NCBI GenBank assembly: GCA_019417125.1
Contig: DXVZ01000113.1
Location: 518-37,587 of the forward strand
From: Phascolarctobacterium sp.
GTDB taxonomy: Bacteria > Bacillota > Negativicutes > Acidaminococcales > Acidaminococcaceae
Reading direction: 5' to 3'
Length of the DNA stretch: 37,070 nucleotides
A program made the position numbers and the translations under genes. The notes below the pieces were generated by a model. It saw only the letters and a list, made by a program, of their open reading frames with translations. It was not told the DNA's origin and made no database searches. Positions 29,880 to 37,070 of this stretch are shown in pieces; within the stretch, counting starts at the first letter, position 1; every line of letters starts with the position of its first letter.

Positions 29880-30054
29880 CAAAAAAACCGGGCGCTTAAA
29901 TCGCCTGGAAGGCATAGAAAATAATGTTTTGATAATCTGATATGGAAAAACGCAAAAATCGGCGCATAAGCGATTTATATGCGTGTGAAAGGAAAAGTGG
30001 AAAATATTATATTTAGGTAAAATATTGAGTAAGTTCAAAATTTTTACGTGGATA

Positions 30055-30063
30055 TGGTATAAT
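30055..30063 (+). promoter_or_regulatory. Extended -10 promoter for the PHP phosphatase-FAH genes
   Basis: TG-G-TATAAT; weak -35 TTCAAA at 30034. Confidence 0.55.
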
Positions 30064-30083
30064 AGTAAATACGAGGTTTGAAA

Positions 30084-30860
30084 ATGATTTTTGATACACA
30101 TATGCACTGCCAGTATTCCATTGATTCAAAGATGAAAATTGACGATGCCCTGGACGCCGCAGCGAAGCAAAATTTGGGTATCATCATAACCGAACATTGG
30201 GATGAAGATTATCCTACCAACCCGGAAGCTTTTGTTTTTGACATTAATGATTATTTTGCTAAGTTCGGGCCATACCGCAGCCTAAAGCTTCTGCTTGGCA
30301 TTGAAATTGGTATGCAGGAAAGCACGGCTGCTAATGATAACCTGCTGGGTGAAAAATATCCGTTTGATTTTATTTTGGGTTCCATGCACTGCGTAAACGG
30401 TAAGGATTTGTATGAAGCTAAAACTTATGACGGCAAAACCAAACAGCAGGCGGTAGAGGAGTTTTTGCAGGCGACGCTGGCAAACCTGAAGCTGCACCAT
30501 AATTTTGACAGTTTTGCCCATATTGATTATATGTGCCGTTATATGCCGTACGCTAACCAGGAGCTTATTTATGAAGAAGCTGCCGATTTATATGACACCG
30601 TTTTTAAAATGCTGATAAGTATGGATAAGGCGGTAGAAATCAACACACGCAGGCTGGACAGCGCAGAAGCGGTAGAAACTCTTTTAGTTTTATATAAACG
30701 TTACCGCGAACTTGGCGGGCGCTACGCGACTTTGGGCAGCGACGCGCATTATAAAGAACACGTTGGGCGCAGGATTGATATTGCCCGGGAAATTGCAGAA
30801 GCGGCAGGCTTAACGCCTGTCTATTTTGAAAAACGAAAAATGCAAAGGATGATTTTTTAA
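30084..30860 (+). CDS. Histidinol-phosphatase HisJ-like PHP domain protein
   Basis: DTHMH, TEH, LGIEIG, AHID, EIN, GSDAH metal-binding motifs. Confidence 0.85.
   Translation: MIFDTHMHCQYSIDSKMKIDDALDAAAKQNLGIIITEHWDEDYPTNPEAFVFDINDYFAKFGPYRSLKLLLGIEIGMQESTAANDNLLGEKYPFDFILGSMHCVNGKDLYEAKTYDGKTKQQAVEEFLQATLANLKLHHNFDSFAHIDYMCRYMPYANQELIYEEAADLYDTVFKMLISMDKAVEINTRRLDSAEAVETLLVLYKRYRELGGRYATLGSDAHYKEHVGRRIDIAREIAEAAGLTPVYFEKRKMQRMIF
30780..30793. promoter_or_regulatory. Candidate Noc-binding site (NBS)
   Basis: ATTGCCCGGGAAAT, 13/14 match to ATTTCCCGGGAAAT. Confidence 0.45.
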
Positions 30861-31619
30861 ATGAGATGTATACGTTTTGAAGCCAACGGCAATAAAAGAA
30901 TAGGATTTATTGACGGTGATATTGTAAGGACTGTTTACGGCAGCCTGGAAACTTTTTGGCGTATTACTGACGAAGAATTTAAGTTGGATGAGATTAAGCT
31001 GCTGGCGCCGTGCGTGCCTAAGCAGATTATCTGTGTTGGTTTTAATTACCGCAGCCATGCAGAGGAATTTCACGCGGAAGTGCCGAAAGAACCGGCGCTG
31101 TTCAGCAAAGCGGCGCATACCATTATCGGCGACGGCGCGGCGATTGTTTACCCGTGGCAGAGCAAGGAAGTTGTTTACGAGGCTGAGCTGGGTGTTGTAA
31201 TTAAAAAGAAAATGCGCAACGTAAAGCCGGAGGATGTAAAGGATTATATTTTAGGTTATACCTGCGCTAATGACGTAACGGCGCGCGACTTACAGCTGGA
31301 CGATGTGCAGTGGCTGCGCAGCAAATCTTTTGATACCTTCTGCCCGCTGGGGCCGTGGCTGGAAACAGACCTTGACCCGACGGATTTAAGTATAAAAACC
31401 TATCTTAACGGTGAGTTGAAACAAAACGGGCGTACGAGCGATATGGTGTATAACCCGTATGAGATTTTAAGTTATATTTCTGAAAGCATGACGCTGGACG
31501 CCGGCGACCTGGTGCTGACTGGCACGCCGATGGGCTGCGGGCCGATGGTGCCGGGCGACGTGGTAACGGTAGAGATTGAAGGCATCGGCAAATTAACCAA
31601 TACTGTTGTAAAAGGATAA
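30861..31619 (+). CDS. Fumarylacetoacetate hydrolase family protein
   Basis: CVGFNYRSH, YEAELGVVI, NDVTARD, KSFDTFCPLGP, LTGTP. Confidence 0.93.
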   Translation: MRCIRFEANGNKRIGFIDGDIVRTVYGSLETFWRITDEEFKLDEIKLLAPCVPKQIICVGFNYRSHAEEFHAEVPKEPALFSKAAHTIIGDGAAIVYPWQSKEVVYEAELGVVIKKKMRNVKPEDVKDYILGYTCANDVTARDLQLDDVQWLRSKSFDTFCPLGPWLETDLDPTDLSIKTYLNGELKQNGRTSDMVYNPYEILSYISESMTLDAGDLVLTGTPMGCGPMVPGDVVTVEIEGIGKLTNTVVKG

Positions 31620-31626
31620 CTTGCAG

Positions 31627-31656
31627 TAAAAAAAGACGATTAATCGTCTTTTTTTA
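31627..31656. terminator. Intrinsic terminator after the FAH gene
   Basis: Perfect 30-bp palindrome taaaaaaagacgattaatcgtcttttttta. Confidence 0.8.
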
Positions 31657-31715
31657 TTTGCCGGCCTGAGAGAGGAGCTGGTACTGCTTATCATAAAAAC
31701 GAAAGGATGAATTTT

Positions 31716-32363
31716 ATGAATAACCAACATTTTAAGCCGCGTTTAGTAATGTTTTTCTGCGGCATCATCTGTATGACTTTTGCAATTGCGCTGTCCTGCA
31801 AGGCAGATTTGGGTACTTCGCCGATATCAAGCGTACCGTGGGTTTTAAGCCTGTGCACGCCTTTCAGCGTTGGCTATACAACCATTGTAATGAATTTAAT
31901 GTTTATTGCAGTACAGCCGCTAATGCTGCGCGCAATTTACTGGCGCGAACTGATGGGGCAGTTATTGGTAACGATTCCTTTTGGTTACAGCATAGATTTT
32001 TTTATGTGGGTTTTGCAGGGTTTTGTGCCGAAAAATGCCGCAGAGCAATGGGCTGCTTGCCTGTTAAGCGTAGTTGTGCTGGGTTTTGGCGTATTTTTGG
32101 AAGTACGCGCCAAAATATTTTTGGCAGCCGGTGAAGGCCTGGTGAATGTGCTGGCATTTATAACAAAACATAAATTCAGCACCTTAAAAAATTGTTTTGA
32201 TATAACGCTGGTTACAATAAGCATAATAATTTCGCTGTTTGAATTTGGCACGCTGCGCGGCGTTGGGTTCGGTACAATTGCAGCGGCGGTGCTGGTTGGC
32301 AGGACAGTGTATTTATATGAAAACTACCTGCATTTTTTTGACCGTTGGAAGGTAAAAGCGTAA
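31716..32363 (+). CDS. YczE/YyaS/YitT family membrane protein
   Basis: ADLGTSPISSVP, GEGLV, KNCFD, GVGFGTIAAAVLVG; start 31716 favoured by the AAGGA RBS (track start 31707). Confidence 0.82.
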   Translation: MNNQHFKPRLVMFFCGIICMTFAIALSCKADLGTSPISSVPWVLSLCTPFSVGYTTIVMNLMFIAVQPLMLRAIYWRELMGQLLVTIPFGYSIDFFMWVLQGFVPKNAAEQWAACLLSVVVLGFGVFLEVRAKIFLAAGEGLVNVLAFITKHKFSTLKNCFDITLVTISIIISLFEFGTLRGVGFGTIAAAVLVGRTVYLYENYLHFFDRWKVKA

Positions 32364-32465
32364 ATGCGGGCGAATTATATAAAAGATTGTATAATATTTA
32401 TAAAAATGTTAAAATGAAACTACTGACTGACAAGTCTGACTGATTAATGACAGGCGGGGATAGTT

Positions 32466-33815
32466 ATGAAAAATATGACGGAAGGCGAACCGCTGAAGCT
32501 GATAATACCGTTTATGGTGCCGCTGTTAATCGGCAACGTGTTTCAGCAGCTGTACAATATTGCCGATATAATCATCGTCGGGCGTACGATAGGCGTTGAA
32601 GCCCTGGCGGCAGTAGGCGCAACCGCGCCGCTGTTTATGATGCTGGTAGTGCTTACGCTTGGCATGAGCGGCGGCTTCAGCGTCGTTACGGGGCAGCTGT
32701 TCGGTGCGGGCGATTTGGACGGCGTGCGGCGCAGTGCGGCGATGTCTGTAATGCTGTGCACTATGTTTGTCGTTGTTATGATGATTGCGGCAATTATATT
32801 TATCGACCCGATGCTGGCGCTGATGAACATACCGCCGGAGTTGTATGACGACGCCAAAAGCTATGTTATGATAATTGTATATGGGCTTATTTTTATGATG
32901 GGCTACAATATGCTGTCCAATATTTTACGCTCTTTGGGCGACAGCAAAACGCCGCTGTATTTTTTAATCGTGTCAACGCTGTTAAACATTGTGCTGGCGC
33001 TGGTGTTCATTATTAACTTTGGGTGGGGAGTGCCCGGCAGCGCGCTGGCGCTGGTAATAGCGCAGGGTTTTTCCGGGCTTTTGTGCATTATTTACATTGC
33101 CAAAAAATTTCCGGCGCTGCATTTGCGTTTCAGCGATTTTCAATGGAATAACCGTTTTGCGTGGGAACATATCCGTATGGGGCTGCCGATGGCAGTACAG
33201 TTTTCGGTGCTTGGCTTGGGCATGATTATTATACAGGCTATCTGCAACCGCTTCGGTGCGGAAACTATTGCCGCGTTTACTTCGGCGATGCGCATTGAAC
33301 AGCTTGCTTTGCAGCCGATGATTTCCTTCGGGCTTGCTATGGCTGTGTATACGGCACAGAACTTTGGTGCGCGCAAATTTGGGCGCATCAGCCGCGGCGT
33401 AAAAAAATGTTCGCTGTTGTCGCTGGCGTTCAGCTTGTTGGCGGCGGTTATAATGTACTTTTTTGGGCAGGAAATGATTGGCGTATTTTTGGATAACCCC
33501 AGCCCGAAAGTTATGGCGCAGGCAGAACAGTACCTGCATTTAAGCGTGCCGTTTTACTTCTTTTTAAGCCAGGTATTTATTTACCGCAACTCGGTGCAGG
33601 GCATGGGCATTTCGCTGATACCAATGCTTTCCGGCATTATTGAACTTTTACTGCGTTCGCTGGCGGCGCTGTACCTGACGGTTGATTATGGTTACACCGG
33701 CGTTTGCTACGCCAGCCCGATTGCCTGGGTAGGTGCTTCGGTATTTTTGTTTGCCAGCTACCATTACTTTTTGCGTGTGCTGGCACGTAAAACTTTAGGT
33801 TTTAAATTAAAATAA
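32466..33815 (+). CDS. MATE family efflux transporter
   Basis: NMTEGEPLK, GNVFQQLYNIAD, LRSLGDSKTPL, AQNFGA; about 12 TM segments. Confidence 0.93.
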   Translation: MKNMTEGEPLKLIIPFMVPLLIGNVFQQLYNIADIIIVGRTIGVEALAAVGATAPLFMMLVVLTLGMSGGFSVVTGQLFGAGDLDGVRRSAAMSVMLCTMFVVVMMIAAIIFIDPMLALMNIPPELYDDAKSYVMIIVYGLIFMMGYNMLSNILRSLGDSKTPLYFLIVSTLLNIVLALVFIINFGWGVPGSALALVIAQGFSGLLCIIYIAKKFPALHLRFSDFQWNNRFAWEHIRMGLPMAVQFSVLGLGMIIIQAICNRFGAETIAAFTSAMRIEQLALQPMISFGLAMAVYTAQNFGARKFGRISRGVKKCSLLSLAFSLLAAVIMYFFGQEMIGVFLDNPSPKVMAQAEQYLHLSVPFYFFLSQVFIYRNSVQGMGISLIPMLSGIIELLLRSLAALYLTVDYGYTGVCYASPIAWVGASVFLFASYHYFLRVLARKTLGFKLK

Positions 33816-33835
33816 ATCATTAGCGGAGGTGCTGT

Positions 33836-34960
33836 ATGGAAAACAAACAGATGCTGGAGGAGTTTTTAGAACTGGTGCAGATTCCGGTTCATTCGCGCAG
33901 CGAAAGGCAGATTGCCGATGTGCTTAAAGCCAAGCTGGAAGCTTTGGGGCTGGAAGTAACCGAGGACGGCACCGGCAGCAAAATCGGCGGCAATGCCGGC
34001 AATATCTGCGCGGTGCTTAAAGGCACGGCAGACTGCGAACCTCTGCTGTTTTCGGCGCACATGGACCGTGTTGCCAACAACGGCGCGATTAAACCGGTTG
34101 TAGACGAAGCAAAGCAAATTGTACATACCGACGGCAGCACGATACTTGCGGCTGACGACGTGGCAGGTATCTGCATTATTTTGGACGCGCTTCGCAGGTT
34201 AAAAGCAAGCGATAAACCGCACGGCGATATTGAAGTGGCTTTCTCCGTTTGCGAAGAAATGGGCATTTTGGGCGGCAAGCATTTTGATTTCAGTAAATTT
34301 CGCGCTAAAAGCGGTTTTGTATTCGACGCTGAGGGCGATATCGGCGGCGTAATGATTCAGGCTCCGGCAAAGTGCAGCTATTGCTATAAAATCCACGGCA
34401 AAGCTTCACACGCAGGCGAAGCTCCCGAAAAAGGCATTAATGCTATACGTGCCGCGGCGGCGCTGATTTTGGCGATACCGGATAACCGCCAGAGCGTAAA
34501 TTCTACTGCCAACATTGCCTCCGTACATGCGGGCGGCGCGGCGCTGAACATTGTGTGCGACTACGCTGAAGTTAACGGCGAAATGCGCAGCACGGACGCA
34601 GCGGAGTTTGACGCGCTGCTGAAAAAGTATGAAGAAGCAATACCTGTAATCGAAAAAGAATACGGCGTAAAGATTGAATATTCTTCGGATGTTCTTTACA
34701 AAGCGTTCAGCTTAAAAGAGGACGGCAGGGCGGCTGCACTGACGGCAGCTGCACTGCGCAAATGCGGCATAGAACCACGCTTTGAAAAGAGCGGCGGCGG
34801 TATGGACGCCAACCACTTTAACGCCAACGGCATCGAAACCGTAGGTATTACGGTAGGTTACTTTAACTGCCATACTGGTGAGGAATACCAAAAATTGCAG
34901 GACCTTTACCAATGCGGCGAACTGGCGGCGCAAATAGCCTGGCTTGCTGCGGAAAAATAA
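33836..34960 (+). CDS. M20/M25/M40 metallopeptidase (peptidase T-like)
   Basis: SAHMD, AADD, CEEMG, GKASHAG...PEKGINAI, GGGMDAN, HT. Confidence 0.9.
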   Translation: MENKQMLEEFLELVQIPVHSRSERQIADVLKAKLEALGLEVTEDGTGSKIGGNAGNICAVLKGTADCEPLLFSAHMDRVANNGAIKPVVDEAKQIVHTDGSTILAADDVAGICIILDALRRLKASDKPHGDIEVAFSVCEEMGILGGKHFDFSKFRAKSGFVFDAEGDIGGVMIQAPAKCSYCYKIHGKASHAGEAPEKGINAIRAAAALILAIPDNRQSVNSTANIASVHAGGAALNIVCDYAEVNGEMRSTDAAEFDALLKKYEEAIPVIEKEYGVKIEYSSDVLYKAFSLKEDGRAAALTAAALRKCGIEPRFEKSGGGMDANHFNANGIETVGITVGYFNCHTGEEYQKLQDLYQCGELAAQIAWLAAEK

Positions 34961-34966
34961 AAAATT

Positions 34967-34998
34967 AACGGCAGGGTTTAAAAAACTCTGCCGTTTTT
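34967..34998. terminator. Bidirectional terminator between the M20 peptidase and flavoprotein genes
   Basis: aacggcagggttt / aaactctgccgtt stem (one G-U pair) with flanking A and T runs. Confidence 0.75.
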
Positions 34999-35029
34999 GC
35001 ATATTTGCTTATTTAATTTATAAGTAAAA

Positions 35030-35647
35030 CTACTTAATGAAATGGGTCATAACCAGCGGCTCGCGCATCGGCAGGCCGTATTTTTCTTTGCCCAGCGCAA
35101 TGCTCTTAATTAAAAAGGCCATATTTTTGCCCAGCGTGCGCATGGTTTGCAGGCCTTCCTCGTCCTTGCGCACATCGTCCGGCGTAAAGCCGTGTACGCT
35201 GTTCCAATACTGGCTGGAGGCAATGGGCATATTGCTGATAGTGAAGTATTTGTTAAGCTCATCAAAAGTGGCAGAGCAGCCGCCGCGGCGTGCGGATACA
35301 ACGGCAGCGCCGACTTTCATGGCTTTATCAAAAGGTGTGCTAAAAAACAGCCTGTCTAAAAAGCTGATGAGGTTGCCGTTGGCAGAAGCATAGTATACCG
35401 GCGTGCCGATAACAAGCCCGTCAGCTTCGGCAAATTTGGGCGCAACTTCGTTAACAATATCGTTAAAAAGGCATTTGCCTGTTTTTTTGCAGCTGCGGCA
35501 GTCAACGCAGCCGCGGATTGCCTGGTTACCGACAGTAACGATTTCCGTTTCAATGCCTTCGGCTTCCAGTGTTTTAGCAATCTCGCTGAGAGCGGTATAA
35601 GTGCAGCGCTCCGGTTTGGGGCTGCCGTTTATCAAAAGAACTTTCAT
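35030..35647 (-). CDS. Flavodoxin-fold iron-sulfur flavoprotein (Isf / NADPH-dependent FMN reductase family)
   Basis: INGSP, CVDCRSC-x5-C, GTPVYY, SARRGG; GGAGG RBS. Confidence 0.88.
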   Translation of the reverse strand: MKVLLINGSPKPERCTYTALSEIAKTLEAEGIETEIVTVGNQAIRGCVDCRSCKKTGKCLFNDIVNEVAPKFAEADGLVIGTPVYYASANGNLISFLDRLFFSTPFDKAMKVGAAVVSARRGGCSATFDELNKYFTISNMPIASSQYWNSVHGFTPDDVRKDEEGLQTMRTLGKNMAFLIKSIALGKEKYGLPMREPLVMTHFIK

Positions 35648-35776
35648 AAAAAAACTCCTCCTTAAAATTACTGCTAAAACTATTATAGCACATTAAAGCA
35701 TACTTTAAACAAGCAAAAGAGAAGTTTTAAAATTTAATTGCAGCAGATATTAAAAATAAATTTGGATAAAACTTGT

Positions 35777-36823
35777 TTATTTTTTTATATACCGGCTGGA
35801 ACGCCCACCGCCGGTGCGTTCAATAAGCCCGTTTTTAACCATATTACCCAAAACGGCTTCTACGGTAGTTGGGCTAACATCCGGTAAAATGTTGCAGATT
35901 TCTGCCTTGGAAATTGGCGCTAACGCATTAAGCACAGTTGCTTCAATGCGGGCTTTTTTGGTAACGCGCCCGCTGTTTACAATGGCAAAACGTTTATCAA
36001 GCTCTTTATAACACATATACAAAGTAGTTAAAAAATTCTGCACAAATGCAAAGTAATCGTTTTGGTTATTTTCCCATCCTTGTGAAGATTCTTTTAAAGT
36101 GTCGTAGTATAAAAATTTAGCGCTGTTAATCTGTTCTTCAAACGAGATATATTTACCGACATCAATACCGGTTTTATACAGCAACAGCAGTGATAACAGG
36201 CGCGACATACGTCCATTGCCGTCACGGAACGGATGTATACAAAGAAAATCCAAAATAACGCAGGGGATTAAAAGTAATTGGTTAATATTGGCATTGTCAC
36301 GCGCATCAAGGTAGGCAAGTTCAAGCTGTTCCATGGCGGCAGGTGTATCTGCTGCCGCGGTAGGGCGAAAGCGCACTTTACGGTTACCATTGTGGTCAAT
36401 TTCTAAAATTACGTTATCTTCTGTTTTGAATCTTCCGGCGAAATCTGCACCGGCATAAGCTAACATTATTCCGTGCAGGCGTAAAATACTGTTTACGGAA
36501 AATTGTATATTACTGTAATGTAGGTGAATTTCATTCAATGCATCGCGGTAACCGGCAATTTCTGCTTCGTCATGGTTCAGCGGTGCGCTATTGCGGTTTA
36601 CAATAGCGGCAATACGGTCATCACTGGTAACAATGCCTTCAATAGCGTTGGAGCTTTTTACCGACTGTACTTTGGCAATGCTTTCCAGTCCGGAAAAAAT
36701 ACTTTGGTTAGTTTCCTTGTGCATATCCGCCTTGGCGGAAAGAGAAGCAATGTTAGCAGTTAAATTAACGAGATTGGCTGGCAGAAGCCCGTTCGCCAAA
36801 AAGCTGTAATCAAATTTATGCAT
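35777..36823 (-). CDS. Fic family protein (class II) with C-terminal winged HTH
   Basis: Catalytic HPFRDGNGRMSR; N-terminal inhibitory motif SNAIEG; C-terminal ISKAEI...VSPTTVEAVL...GGGRSSRY. Confidence 0.92.
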   Translation of the reverse strand: MHKFDYSFLANGLLPANLVNLTANIASLSAKADMHKETNQSIFSGLESIAKVQSVKSSNAIEGIVTSDDRIAAIVNRNSAPLNHDEAEIAGYRDALNEIHLHYSNIQFSVNSILRLHGIMLAYAGADFAGRFKTEDNVILEIDHNGNRKVRFRPTAAADTPAAMEQLELAYLDARDNANINQLLLIPCVILDFLCIHPFRDGNGRMSRLLSLLLLYKTGIDVGKYISFEEQINSAKFLYYDTLKESSQGWENNQNDYFAFVQNFLTTLYMCYKELDKRFAIVNSGRVTKKARIEATVLNALAPISKAEICNILPDVSPTTVEAVLGNMVKNGLIERTGGGRSSRYIKK

Positions 36824-36847
36824 AGTAAAACCGCCTTAAAAAGATTA

Positions 36848-36921
36848 ATCTGCATATATTTTAGCAGATTATATGCAGATATGCAAAAGAAACTGCACAT
36901 AAAATTTAACTTTATGTGCAG
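36848..36921. repeat. Two related inverted repeats upstream of fic
   Basis: atctgcatata-N11-tatatgcagat (36848-36880) and ctgcacataaa-N7-tttatgtgcag (36893-36921). Confidence 0.65.
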
Positions 36922-37056
36922 AAAGTGGAAATAAACTAAAATATTTGTTAATCAGTTTATACAAAGTATATTTTGAAGTGGTTCAGTTTTTTTATTAAAA
37001 GTATAGTTTTTTTCATATTTGTATTGATAATTTGTACAAGTGTTATGTAATGAAAC

Positions 37057-37070
37057 CTGTCTCTTATACA
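37057..37070 (+). other. Tn5 mosaic end / Nextera adapter remnant (probable assembly artefact)
   Basis: Terminal CTGTCTCTTATACA equals the first 14 nt of CTGTCTCTTATACACATCT. Confidence 0.85.

Noticed and set aside
29865..30107. 80-aa minus-strand ORF across the DUF4446-PHP spacer
   Set aside because: Overlaps both flanking genes and the promoter; low-complexity composition and no RBS
36958..37017. 19-codon minus-strand ORF MKKTILLIKKLNHFKIYFV upstream of fic, a possible antitoxin or leader peptide
   Set aside because: No RBS and no (S/T)xxxE(G/N) motif; the Fic already carries its own inhibitory helix

Overview
This is the chromosomal replication-origin region of a low-GC Firmicute. Gene order and protein style suggest a Negativicute (Acidaminococcaceae/Phascolarctobacterium-like); this is an inference. 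The left arm (minus strand) runs dnaA-oriC-dnaN-yaaA-recF-dciA(DUF721)-remB-gyrB-[orphan, thiN, TSUP]-gyrA. Beyond it are a convergent secreted orphan and an operon of two FAD oxidoreductases, DUF1667 and an alanine/glycine:cation symporter. The right arm (plus strand) runs rpmH (missed by the ORF track)-rnpA-yidD-yidC-jag-mnmE-mnmG-rsmG-noc-[Lar-like membrane protein, alpha-hydroxy acid oxidase, YbaK]-soj-parB-DUF554-DUF4446-PHP phosphatase-FAH-YczE-MATE-M20 peptidase. An iron-sulfur flavoprotein and a class II Fic protein follow on the minus strand. Cis elements seen directly: oriC (DnaA boxes, DnaA-trios, AT-rich DUE), two identical parS sites, two Noc-binding-site-like palindromes, sigma70 promoters and many terminators. 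The last 14 nt are Tn5 mosaic-end (Nextera adapter) sequence. The most intriguing hypotheses are a QxxLF clamp-binding-like motif in the DnaA linker, a Zn-ribbon-extended DciA, a membrane-anchored Lar-like Zn protein and a GlpA-like oxidoreductase trio coupled to an amino-acid symporter. I saw no CRISPR array, rRNA, tRNA or mobile element. All family calls come from motif recognition, not database searches.
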